Translations under genes and position numbers: made by a program
Notes under the pieces: model-generated
Told to the model about the DNA's origin: nothing
The model's input: the letters and a program-made list of their open reading frames with translations, nothing else
Database searches by the model: none
From: Polyangiales bacterium
GTDB taxonomy: Bacteria; Myxococcota_A; Polyangia; Polyangiales; Ga0077539
DNA length: 64,000 nucleotides
Reading direction: 5' to 3'
Assembly (NCBI GenBank): GCA_044229975.1
Contig: JBGARZ010000018.1
Location: forward strand, 64,001-128,000
Shown here: piece after piece, positions 21,388-30,791 of the stretch
Layout of the letters: each line of letters begins with the position of its first letter
How positions within the stretch are numbered: the stretch's first letter is position 1

Positions 21388-22374
21388 ATGAGCGCGCTCC
21401 ATGCGTCCCGGTGGGCGACCCTGGTCGAACGCCGCGTTCGCGGGCGCCTCTCGCGCGTGCTGTCCGCGGTCCGCGGCGCAAGCCGTCCCGAGTCGGCGTG
21501 GGAGACCCTTGCGGCACGCGACCTGATCCCGCACGACTGGACTGCGAGCACACACACGCGCGCGTTCGCCCCAGCATCGATGTGTGGCCGGTGCGACAAA
21601 GGACTGACGCAAGAGCGCCATCACTGGGGCCGCAAGTCCGCGCGGTGGTTGCGGTGCCCGGCGTGCCTCGACCACTACGACGACTGCGCCGCGCGACTCG
21701 TACCACCGAGCCTCGACGACGTGATCGGACTCGCGCTGGACCCTTCGGGGGTGGCGACCGCCGAGGCGCTCGGACTCGAGGTCGCCGCGCGGCTCGCCGA
21801 GGACGGGCCCTGCGCGCAGCGGGTGCTCTGGCGCTTTCACGATGCGCGCGCAGACGAGCGACTCGTTGAGACGCGGTACAACGACCCGCGGCTGCGCGCG
21901 CTCAACGAGATGAGCGCTCGCGCCTGGGACATCGAAGAGGCGCTCACCGACGCACGGCGCGACGACGACCTTCCAGACGACGACGGCGAGTACTACGAGG
22001 CCTACAGGCCGCGGTTCAACGCCGCCGTCCTACCGCCGTACGAAGCGCCGCCACCCGCGGGGCGCCACCTGGGGCTCGCCGCGATCTGGCGCGCGCTACG
22101 GCGCATGGTGCTCGATCCGCGCTCGGCGCCGGGCGAAGTGGAGGACACGACGAGCGACCCGGTCGAGGCGCTGCTCGCGCGCCACGCGGCGTGGGCACGC
22201 GAGTGTGTCGGCAAGACGCTCGACCGCGATGGCCCCGACCGCGACCGGCTCGCAGCCTTCGCGCGGTCGCCGAACCCATACGAACCAGCAGTAGCGATCT
22301 GGGCACTCGGGTACGGCATCGAGGCCGTTACTGATCACACCGTGGTGCTGGTCGCGCCGAAGTACGATTCGTGA
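21388..22374 (+). CDS. Hypothetical protein with CxxC...CxxC zinc-finger-like motif
   Basis: CGRC and CPAC; C-terminal NPYEPAVAIWALGY; coding-like codon pattern. Confidence 0.65.
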   Translation: MSALHASRWATLVERRVRGRLSRVLSAVRGASRPESAWETLAARDLIPHDWTASTHTRAFAPASMCGRCDKGLTQERHHWGRKSARWLRCPACLDHYDDCAARLVPPSLDDVIGLALDPSGVATAEALGLEVAARLAEDGPCAQRVLWRFHDARADERLVETRYNDPRLRALNEMSARAWDIEEALTDARRDDDLPDDDGEYYEAYRPRFNAAVLPPYEAPPPAGRHLGLAAIWRALRRMVLDPRSAPGEVEDTTSDPVEALLARHAAWARECVGKTLDRDGPDRDRLAAFARSPNPYEPAVAIWALGYGIEAVTDHTVVLVAPKYDS

Positions 22375-22458
22375 GGGCGCGGCGACGGCGGAGTCGATGC
22401 TGATTGCGAGTGCGAGTGGGGCTCAGCTTCGAGCACCACAACTGGCCTTGGTCGCCTC

Positions 22459-23013
22459 GTGTATCTTGCAACCGAGGCGACCTTGTTCCTGCGATCGCTG
22501 TTGGTGTTCGCCGTTGCGATCGGATGCGCGCGCCCGATCGGTCGCCCTGAGGTTGGAGGCGGAACGGTGATCGAACTCAGGTGCGACGAGGAGCGGACGA
22601 CCGTACGACGGAGTCCGCCGGGTCTTCCCTTCCCGCCAACCTCCGAGATGTCGGACACAAGCTGGAGCAGCGTCGTCCCGGACGTCGTCGTCGATCCGCG
22701 CCGCGTGCCGCGAATCACGGCGTACGCGTGCGCGGCGGAGCGATCGAGAGCGCGGGAGGCGTGCCCGCCGGATTGGACCTGCACCGCGACGAGCGATCGA
22801 CCAGAGCCTGATTGCGTTCGAATCGATGCAGAGGTCACCCCCGACGGACACGTCAGGATTCCGTGCGGCCACCGGACGTCGTATTCGCACCCGTCGCTTC
22901 GTCCCGACACGATCGTCGGCGACGCCGGATTGTCGTTCCCCCGACCGTCACCGGAGTTCGGTATCACCGCGCATACGTTCGAATCGAATAGCGACGTCTA
23001 CCCATCTCGGTGA
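22459..23013 (+). CDS. Hypothetical Cys-containing lipoprotein
   Basis: Lipobox-like AIGC and several cysteines. Confidence 0.45.
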   Translation: MYLATEATLFLRSLLVFAVAIGCARPIGRPEVGGGTVIELRCDEERTTVRRSPPGLPFPPTSEMSDTSWSSVVPDVVVDPRRVPRITAYACAAERSRAREACPPDWTCTATSDRPEPDCVRIDAEVTPDGHVRIPCGHRTSYSHPSLRPDTIVGDAGLSFPRPSPEFGITAHTFESNSDVYPSR

Positions 23014-23125
23014 CCGATCCCAGCGAGGGTGCCGCGCTGGACTCTCCATCACGCCCGTCGCTCACGATCCGCAAGACTGGAACCGGAACGCTCGTGAGCA
23101 AGGCGTCCAGCGATGGCCCGCGCTG

Positions 23126-23482
23126 CTACTGGTAGCTGCCGCAAAGCACCGCGCTGTCCACCATGTTGCAGTACGCGTCGACCATCTCCGCGTTCCATCC
23201 GCGGCACGCGAAGACACACGTCGCCACGCGACGCCGGCACGCTTCACGACACGCCGCCTCGTGCTGCGGCGCTGGAGGACGCGGGTAGCACCCGTTCACG
23301 CACGCCGCGTACGTCCGCCAACACCCGCGATCGCAGCGCGCCCGACGCGCCTGGACGGCGGTGACCCTCCGCTGCGCCGCGACGTCGCCGGACGGAACCA
23401 CCATCGCCCCCAACCAGAGCGCAGCCATCACCGTCAAGGACCTCCCGCGGCCGCCCTTCCTGCGACCGCACGGCGTGCGCAA
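23126..23482 (-). CDS. Small secreted 10-Cys protein with two CX3CX6CX3C motifs
   Basis: Signal-like segment ending VAA-Q, then regular Cys spacing. Start is either TTG 23482 or ATG 23428. Confidence 0.65.
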   Translation of the reverse strand: MRTPCGRRKGGRGRSLTVMAALWLGAMVVPSGDVAAQRRVTAVQARRARCDRGCWRTYAACVNGCYPRPPAPQHEAACREACRRRVATCVFACRGWNAEMVDAYCNMVDSAVLCGSYQ

Positions 23483-23490
23483 CGACCGCG

Positions 23491-24291
23491 TCAACGCGCG
23501 CTCCCTGCCAGCCCACGCGCCGCGACCGGCGAGCAGCGGAACCGGGCCCTGTCCGTCGCGGTCGTCGCGTGCCGCGTGTCGTCGTACTCCACCCCGACAA
23601 GCCCGCCCCCCGGCGCGGGCCAGGCGTAGAACGCCTCCCCGAGCGTGCCCTGCACGTTGCGGATGCATGCGCGATCGCCGCCGATATCCACCGTCGCATG
23701 GGCGGGCATTGACCCTCCCGCCCACGACGACATCTCAGACGGCACGGCCACCCGCAGCGCCTCGCGCCGGGTCGCGTCGTCGCAGAGCCCGAGCGTCGCC
23801 GGTGACGGGACGGCGACCGTCTCGCCCGCGACCGCCGCGTCGGCCGAGACGAAGCGCGCACGACCGTGCTCGTCGGACACCCAGAGCACCGCCCCCGGCG
23901 TCGACCCGTGCTCGGCAGGCGAGACCGTCTCGTCGGCGCCCGACAGCCTCCGCCGCACCACCGCCGATCCACCGATGCCGAACAGGAACCAGGGTCGGCG
24001 CGACCGCAACACGAAGACCGCCCGCTCACGGGTGAACCAGCGCACGCGAGTCACCGAGCGTGACACCCGCAGGCGTGAGCTCCACCCGCAGCCCGCCACA
24101 GAGCGCGCGGACGGTTCCGTCCAACGGCCACCCCAAGAGCCGGAACGTGCAGGCGGGGTAGACGACGTCCACTCGCAGTGTCGGTACCTCACCCTCGAAG
24201 GGGGGGCGGAGGCGCAGCCGACGAGCGCCATCCTGAGCGAGTGGGTGAGGAGGCGGCCACCGCGGCGCGGCGGAGGGCGGTGGGTGTTCAT
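23491..24291 (-). CDS. Short lipoprotein resembling only the C-terminal module of the A/B families
   Basis: Lipobox LVGC. ATVDIGGDRACIR...GGGLVG...RFRC parallels family-A C-termini. Confidence 0.6.
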   Translation of the reverse strand: MNTHRPPPRRGGRLLTHSLRMALVGCASAPPSRVRYRHCEWTSSTPPARSGSWGGRWTEPSARSVAGCGWSSRLRVSRSVTRVRWFTRERAVFVLRSRRPWFLFGIGGSAVVRRRLSGADETVSPAEHGSTPGAVLWVSDEHGRARFVSADAAVAGETVAVPSPATLGLCDDATRREALRVAVPSEMSSWAGGSMPAHATVDIGGDRACIRNVQGTLGEAFYAWPAPGGGLVGVEYDDTRHATTATDRARFRCSPVAARGLAGSAR

Positions 24292-24414
24292 GCACAATCC
24301 CAACGTCGGATGGACGATGGCCGTGACGACGTCCTCGCCTACCGCAACGAGATCAGCCCCATGGCGCGTGCTCGACCGAGTGGGCGGTCGACGCCGCAAC
24401 GGCCTTTGGCGAGA

Positions 24415-24960
24415 TCAGTCGAGCGCGCCTGAAGGGCCATGCCTAGACGGAGGGTTCTGTTGCGCCCATGCGCGCAGTTCGCGGCGCCAGGCACGAAGCC
24501 GCCACACGATGCGCAGCGCCGCGGCGAACAGCCCGAAGACCTCCAGCATGCGCAGGGCGCGGTCGAAGCCGAGATTGCCGTCGTCGACGTAGATGGAGTC
24601 GGGCACGAAGCACTCGCGCTCATCCTCCAGGCAGCGCACGGTCACCGGCTCGCGGTACCGGACGCGCTCGATCTGCGTCTGCGTGAGCTGGATCCTCCAG
24701 ACGCCATGCCGCGCATCGTTGAGCTCGTACTCGGCGAGGGAGGGATTGAAGCGCCGCACCTCGCGCTCGACGGTCATCACCCGCTCGGGCGCGCCGGGGC
24801 TCTCGCCGCGGAGGCGGCTCATCTCAGTGAGCTTGCCGGTCGTGAATGCGCACAGGAGCGCGCAGCCGACGCACACCAGCGCCGCCACGGCGACGTTGGG
24901 AGGGCGCGGTCGGGCCGCGCGCGGGCGCTCTCGGTAAGGGGAGACCGACACGGGCTGCAA
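24415..24960 (-). CDS. Two-TM membrane protein, hypothetical
   Basis: Two hydrophobic helices flanking a soluble domain. Confidence 0.6.
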   Translation of the reverse strand: MQPVSVSPYRERPRAARPRPPNVAVAALVCVGCALLCAFTTGKLTEMSRLRGESPGAPERVMTVEREVRRFNPSLAEYELNDARHGVWRIQLTQTQIERVRYREPVTVRCLEDERECFVPDSIYVDDGNLGFDRALRMLEVFGLFAAALRIVWRLRAWRRELRAWAQQNPPSRHGPSGALD

Positions 24961-25136
24961 GAGGACCCGACGCGGGACGCGGCGTCAACTCGCGGCGTGG
25001 ACGTCTCATCAATGAGCATCCGCGCTCACTGCGCTGCCGGAGCGCGTTGTGTCAACGCGCGGGCCGCGAGCGCGAGGAACGCCCACGAGCCGACTGCTCT
25101 CGCGCCATGCGGCGCAGGTCAGGACTGCACCGACGA

Positions 25137-27806
25137 TCAGCGCCACCGCCGGAGCCGCGTCGGCCGCGAGCATCGCAGGGCGGTCGAGCGGCCCCAGGGA
25201 CCGCGAGCGCCCCGGGCGTCGATCGTGAAGGGCGTCCCGAAGTGGGCCAGGGCTCTTAGGCAGAGCGCATCGCCCGCGCGCGAGAAGTGCGCCTCAAGCA
25301 GCATGTCGACCGCGCGGTCGTCGACACCGGTGACCGACGCGCCGGTCTCTACGACGTAGTCACCCATAGCGCTGGAGACGCAGGGGTCGAGGGAGATGCG
25401 GGTGGCGAGCACGCGCGGCACCTCGCCCGGCGGACCGCCGAGCGCCGTCCCGTCGTCGAGAATGCGCAGGAAGCCCCCGTCCACTCCTGCGGCGTACACG
25501 CCGACCGTGCCCTCCGCGCGAGCCGCCACCGCGATGCTTGCCGCCCTGACGCCCGCGCGTTGCGACGAGACCACCACCGTTGGACTCAGCCCTCGGTGAT
25601 CGCCAAAGCGCCGCAGCCTCACCGCAACGGTCGTCCCATCCCGCGCGACGAGAGCTGTCGTATACGGGTCGTGCTCGTACGGCGCACGCCAGAGGATCCG
25701 CGGGGAAGTGTTGGCCGACAGCTCCACGAGCGTCTCGATGCTCCGCGAGTCGTTCGAAGGCGCGAGGACGAGCGCGCGATCATGTCGGAACTCGACCAGC
25801 GTGATACGGGGTCGTCGATGACCTGTCGCGCGCATCTGCCAGGGGAAGGCGTAGGAGGTTCGCTGCGGGATGGCCGGCGACTCGCGGACCCAGAAGCGCC
25901 CGTTGAACCACGACGACGAATCGCTTTCGTACTCGGCGCCGGGTAGCGCGGCTGGTTCGGGGTCGGGCTGATCGTCCGTGGGGCGTGAGGGATCGCCGTC
26001 GGGCGCGCACTGCCAAAGATCGGTCGGCTCCCGCTCCCACAGGAACTGCGGCACGCCCCGACCGAGACCCACGTGGTTGTGCCCCGATTGCACCGGGCGG
26101 CCCCAGCCGATGCCAGTGGGGCCCGCCGACCAGCCCGTGCTCGAGCAGGAGAGCTCGCCCCGGTTGCCGGGCGAGCCCCGGAGCGCGGTGAGGTACGGGT
26201 CGTAGCCGCCCGCTTGCAACGAGTGCCACGCCCGTTCGAGGTGGGTAGAGAACCAGATGCCCCCGTCCGGTGCGACCGCCCCGAGGTCGCCGTCCGCCGA
26301 GCAGAGCGCGACGCGACCGCGCAGGTCGGGAGTGGTCGCCCAGGACGGAGCCTCACGCGCCACGAAGCGTCCGCCGGGTCGCCCTTCGAGCACGACGGAC
26401 TCGCGGGTGTCGGACGTCGTGGCCGTGACCCGGAGCAGGCCGTCTCGGCCGAGTCGCAGCAACGAGCCGTGGATGCGGTAGCGCGCCCGGTCTTCGTTGG
26501 CCATCAGCAGCACGCGGGGACCGGACCCCCGGAGGGCCATCGCGTGAGAGGCGAAGCGACGCTCATCGAGCAGGACGAGTTCGTCGCCGTCCCACCCAGC
26601 GATGGACCACCGGGGCACCCGACCCCCGACGACCCGGGAACGCGGCGGCTCATGGTCGATCTGCTCGCACACGGTGGTGCCCGCAGCGCAGGACTCCTGC
26701 TCCGAGCAACGCCCTTCGCACGCCACGCGACGGCCGTCAGGGCTCACCGCGCACGTCGGCGCCTCGCCGCACGCCCGGAAGGTCAGCCTCGGGGCCCAGG
26801 CCCCGTCGTCGCCGCGCGCGAGCAGCGCCCACCCTCCGTCCTGGTCGCACACGGCGTAGAGGCGATCAGCGACCTGGTAGCTGCCGAGGCGGCAACGGGG
26901 AGGCGGCTCGAACGGACCCACGATCCGGTCGTCTACGAGGTCGTAGATGGCCTCGTGGGACGTGTGCCAGGTCCCGATCCGGGCGACGGCGGTCCGCTGA
27001 CTCGTGTCGAGGAAGGTCGTCAGGTGCTCGACCTCACGGAAGTCGAGCAGGTTGCGAGGGCGCGCGGCCTCCGGCTCGGCGGGCTCGAAGGTGCGCGGGG
27101 CCCCGGCCACGTCCACGACGGTCTGCGTCCCGTTGGATCGGTGAACCCGCGCGCGGGTCGCGCCGATCAGCCAGAGACCCTCGACGTCGGCGGCGACCTC
27201 GCGGACGGTCTCCTCGAACGGCGGCGCGAGCGTCCAATGCTGCCCGGCGTCCCCTGTCACGAACGCCACGCCAGGCTCGATGAGCGCGACTCCGCGCGCG
27301 TCGTCGGCGAACGCCGCATCGATGACCACAGAGGGGGGAAGAGGTGCGCCTTCGAGGCGGCCATTGCGAAGGGTGACGACGCGCCCGACGCCGTGACCCA
27401 GGACGCCCTCTGGCGACGACACCACGAGGTGAAGCGGGCCCAGGAACGACGGCGACGCCCACACGCCCGTCTCGGAAATGAAGCGCCAGCCGTCTGCCGC
27501 GCGCAGCACGCGCCACGTCCCCTCGGCGAGGCTCCAGTCGGCCGAGCGCGTGACGTCGCCCTCAAGCTCGAGCGCGTGACCGTGCACGATGTACCGGCGC
27601 ACGGCGCCTTCGCGCGGGCCGACCTCCAAGACGGTCGGGGAGAGCCCCGTGGAGGCCACGCCGATCCGCATCACGTTGGCGTCGGCGACGGTCGGGGCTG
27701 CGGCGGCGACCGACCTCGCGTGACGATGACGCGCGGCCCGGGGTGGGGCCACTCCCGCGCAGCCGATCGCCGCGAGCAGCAGCCACGCCGTCAGCGGACG
27801 ACGCAT
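25137..27806 (-). CDS. Family-B Asp-box/BNR-like lipoprotein (third copy)
   Basis: GGAGG RBS; lipobox AIGC; SPSFLGPL, DAAFADD, TGDAGQHW, ADRLYAVC, GDALCLR. Confidence 0.85.
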   Translation of the reverse strand: MRRPLTAWLLLAAIGCAGVAPPRAARHRHARSVAAAAPTVADANVMRIGVASTGLSPTVLEVGPREGAVRRYIVHGHALELEGDVTRSADWSLAEGTWRVLRAADGWRFISETGVWASPSFLGPLHLVVSSPEGVLGHGVGRVVTLRNGRLEGAPLPPSVVIDAAFADDARGVALIEPGVAFVTGDAGQHWTLAPPFEETVREVAADVEGLWLIGATRARVHRSNGTQTVVDVAGAPRTFEPAEPEAARPRNLLDFREVEHLTTFLDTSQRTAVARIGTWHTSHEAIYDLVDDRIVGPFEPPPRCRLGSYQVADRLYAVCDQDGGWALLARGDDGAWAPRLTFRACGEAPTCAVSPDGRRVACEGRCSEQESCAAGTTVCEQIDHEPPRSRVVGGRVPRWSIAGWDGDELVLLDERRFASHAMALRGSGPRVLLMANEDRARYRIHGSLLRLGRDGLLRVTATTSDTRESVVLEGRPGGRFVAREAPSWATTPDLRGRVALCSADGDLGAVAPDGGIWFSTHLERAWHSLQAGGYDPYLTALRGSPGNRGELSCSSTGWSAGPTGIGWGRPVQSGHNHVGLGRGVPQFLWEREPTDLWQCAPDGDPSRPTDDQPDPEPAALPGAEYESDSSSWFNGRFWVRESPAIPQRTSYAFPWQMRATGHRRPRITLVEFRHDRALVLAPSNDSRSIETLVELSANTSPRILWRAPYEHDPYTTALVARDGTTVAVRLRRFGDHRGLSPTVVVSSQRAGVRAASIAVAARAEGTVGVYAAGVDGGFLRILDDGTALGGPPGEVPRVLATRISLDPCVSSAMGDYVVETGASVTGVDDRAVDMLLEAHFSRAGDALCLRALAHFGTPFTIDARGARGPWGRSTALRCSRPTRLRRWR

Positions 27807-30412
27807 CGCACCTCCCTGCGTGCCCGCTCGCCTACGGCGATGCCGCCCAACGATCCGTCCTCGCGCGCCACCACGCGCAGCGTCTCGCCCTCGGTCACGA
27901 CGTCCATCGCGCGGACACAGGTGGCGGTCGGCGTCACCTCCAGCGTCGCGTGTTCCTCGGCGCCGCCGTCGTGCTCGACGCGCGCGGGCCACGTCGTCAG
28001 CCGGTCCGGCAGCGTGAGCTGGAAAGCGTCCGGGTCGGGCGGTCCCGCGCACACCGTCACGACGGCGTCGGGGTTCCAGCGCACCTCGACGGGGTTCGCC
28101 GCCGTCGTCGGGCGTACGGGCAGGAAGCTCCACCAGCCTTCGGGCACGAGCACGGCCCCGCCCGCGTGCTCGCCTCGCCGCGCGATCGCGGTCGGCCCCG
28201 CATACGACTCCTCGTCCAACCCGCCCTCCCGGAAGTGCCCGCTGCGGACACGGGCAACCGCGCCGCCTGCTGGCAGATCGAGGACAAAGACCTGGTCCAT
28301 ATCGCTACCGCCGGGCGAGCCGAGCACGAAGATCCCATCGCCCTGGAGCCACGGGCGGAAGTTCGGGAAGAACATGGGCACGGGTGCCCTCGCCGTCGTC
28401 GCGCGCGTCGCGCCGGTCGTCACCCGGAAGGCGCGACCGTCGACCATCGGGGCAGGCCTTTCGCTCAGGGAGAAGGTGAGATGACCCCGGCCCATCGATA
28501 GGGGTGCCAGGAAGGTCGGCTCATGCGGGCCACGGGGGCGGGCCGGCAGGGGCCGCCTGAAGTCGGCAGTGACGAAGTAGTCGACCCACACGTTCGAGAC
28601 TGACCCGACGACGATGTCCTCCGGCGTGACGGCCCGCCACGCGAAGCTCGCGCGGCGACCCGGACCCGCGGCGCGCCCGGGCTCGCGCCAGATCGCACCC
28701 CTCGCCTCGCCGTCAACGGTTCGGGTCGCGAAGGTCGCCGCACGAACGCCCGCGGGCACGACCGGCCGCAGCGGCGGCAACGCGCTGGGGCGTCCCACGG
28801 TTTCGCACCGGAATCGCGGCACTCGCGCACCGACGCCCTCGACCCGTGCCAAGAGTTCCCGGCTCGTGGGTCGCGAAGCAATCACGCCGACGTTCTCGTC
28901 CGGCACGGAGGCATCGTTGGCTCGCGCGACCCCGGCGTCCACGGGCGGCGGCTGGAGGCGTGCAGCCAGCGCGCGACGCGGCGAGGGATCCAGGGGTCCC
29001 CACCCACGTACGAACAGCCGTGAGCCCACCATGCAACGGGCCGCCGTGCATGTCCCCGGGATGGCGTGCCATGGATCGTCGCGCGACGGTCGGCGCCTGT
29101 TTGATTCGCCATCAAACGACGGCCGGTCGTCGCGGGGAGCGGGGAGTGCCGCCGCGACGTCTCCGTCGATCGCCAGCGGAACTTCCTCCCAATGCGCACC
29201 ACCATCGAGGGTTCGGACGAGGCGGTACGGCGGCGACGACCACGCGAGCCCGCGCCGCGCGTCGGCGAACGCGACGTGCTCGGTCCCGGCGGGAATGTCG
29301 CCCGAGACGGTGGTCCCGCTGGACCGGACGACGAAGACGCTCGGCGCGGCGTCGCCCACCGCGAGCCGCGCCGTGAGCAGGCCCCAGGGCGTGCGCGAGG
29401 CGTCGACAATCTCCAGACCGGGGCGGGCCGCACGCAGGATCGCGAGCTCGTCCTCGGAGGGCCCCGACGCCTCGTCACGTTGCCAGCACGTCCCGGCATC
29501 AAGGTCGCGACAGGAAGCCGCGGCGATCTCCCTCCCCGTCGAGAGCTCGAAGGTGAGGAGCGTCTGCCGCCACACGAACCAGGCCGTCGTCGGGTCGCTC
29601 GACTTCGATCCCAGCGCGTCGAGCCAAAGCGGATCGTGCCTCACCGCCGCGAGCCGGAGCGCATCGAACGAGAGCACTTCCGCGGCGAACGGCTCCGCGG
29701 GTTCCCGCTCGCGCGCGCCGGCGGATCCACCGGCGTCCGTCCCTTCGCCGCCAAACGCGCAGGCCGTCATCTCCAGGACCTCCCACGCACGCTCCCCTGG
29801 CGGCACGGTGGTCCACGTCCGGCCCGCGTCTCGGGTGCACTGGAGCGTCGACCCGGCGATCAGCGCGCCGCCGCGACGCCCGTCGATGAACTCGATGTCG
29901 TCGACCGGGCCGGGCGCGAGCCCAGTCACGCGCTGGAAGGTCCCTCCATCGCTGGACCACGCGACCCGGTCGCGGTCGACAACGGCCATGCGCCCCTCGC
30001 GACGCTGCACCACTCCATCGTCGACGCTGAACAGCAGATGGCGCTGCGGGAAATCCCCAACCCGCTGGAGCGGGCCGGTGAACGTCGGGCTGAACGCGGC
30101 CACGCCGTCGCGTGCCAGGAAGAGCCACCCTCCTGGCACCCTGGCCACCTGTCGGATCGCCGATGCGAACGCCTCGTCCGCGAACTCGACCTCGTCCTCC
30201 AGGGCGCGCAGCCTTCGCCCGTGGAAGACCACGTCCGTCCACCCGCCGGGCTCGTCAGCGACCCGCTCGAAGTCGCCTCTCGGAACCCACTCGACACGCG
30301 CCAACGAGAGCGACGTGCCGACGCCCACCGAGGCGCGCGGTCGCTCGCGAGAAGCGCACGCAAGGCCCGCGAGGATCAGGGCGGACCAAGGGCGCGGGGT
30401 GTTCGCCGACAC
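27791..30412 (-). CDS. Family-A Asp-box/BNR-like lipoprotein (third copy)
   Basis: Lipobox GLAC; TFTGPL, CTRDAGRTW, RTLDGGAHW, CTAARC..GWGP, TCVR...RCVVR. Overlaps the downstream gene by 16 nt. Confidence 0.85.
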   Translation of the reverse strand: MSANTPRPWSALILAGLACASRERPRASVGVGTSLSLARVEWVPRGDFERVADEPGGWTDVVFHGRRLRALEDEVEFADEAFASAIRQVARVPGGWLFLARDGVAAFSPTFTGPLQRVGDFPQRHLLFSVDDGVVQRREGRMAVVDRDRVAWSSDGGTFQRVTGLAPGPVDDIEFIDGRRGGALIAGSTLQCTRDAGRTWTTVPPGERAWEVLEMTACAFGGEGTDAGGSAGAREREPAEPFAAEVLSFDALRLAAVRHDPLWLDALGSKSSDPTTAWFVWRQTLLTFELSTGREIAAASCRDLDAGTCWQRDEASGPSEDELAILRAARPGLEIVDASRTPWGLLTARLAVGDAAPSVFVVRSSGTTVSGDIPAGTEHVAFADARRGLAWSSPPYRLVRTLDGGAHWEEVPLAIDGDVAAALPAPRDDRPSFDGESNRRRPSRDDPWHAIPGTCTAARCMVGSRLFVRGWGPLDPSPRRALAARLQPPPVDAGVARANDASVPDENVGVIASRPTSRELLARVEGVGARVPRFRCETVGRPSALPPLRPVVPAGVRAATFATRTVDGEARGAIWREPGRAAGPGRRASFAWRAVTPEDIVVGSVSNVWVDYFVTADFRRPLPARPRGPHEPTFLAPLSMGRGHLTFSLSERPAPMVDGRAFRVTTGATRATTARAPVPMFFPNFRPWLQGDGIFVLGSPGGSDMDQVFVLDLPAGGAVARVRSGHFREGGLDEESYAGPTAIARRGEHAGGAVLVPEGWWSFLPVRPTTAANPVEVRWNPDAVVTVCAGPPDPDAFQLTLPDRLTTWPARVEHDGGAEEHATLEVTPTATCVRAMDVVTEGETLRVVAREDGSLGGIAVGERARREVRCVVR

Positions 30413-30791
30413 GCTCTCGACGGTACACCGGATGGGCGCCGCCGCATTCTTCCCGAGGCGCCGATGATGCCTCGCGTGCCGGAAGCCGACTCGTTCCGTC
30501 GCTACACCTACGACGAGCGGCTCCCCGCCGACGCGGGGGTCAGATCATCGATCGAGGTCCAGTCGCTGGTCCCATCGCCGTCGACTCGATAGAGGCGGTC
30601 GCCGTCGACCGCGCAGGCAAGAGACCCCTGACAACAGGCTCGGAGGATGCGCCGCCGCAGACCACGAACCGGGCCCCGATGAAGGAGACGACTCGGACGC
30701 ATCTCGCGGCGAGGCCCACCTGGAGGGCTGCCGCCTCCATCGCGTCACGACTGGCGCCCGCAACGACTTCGTCTGATTCCGTGGTCGTGCT

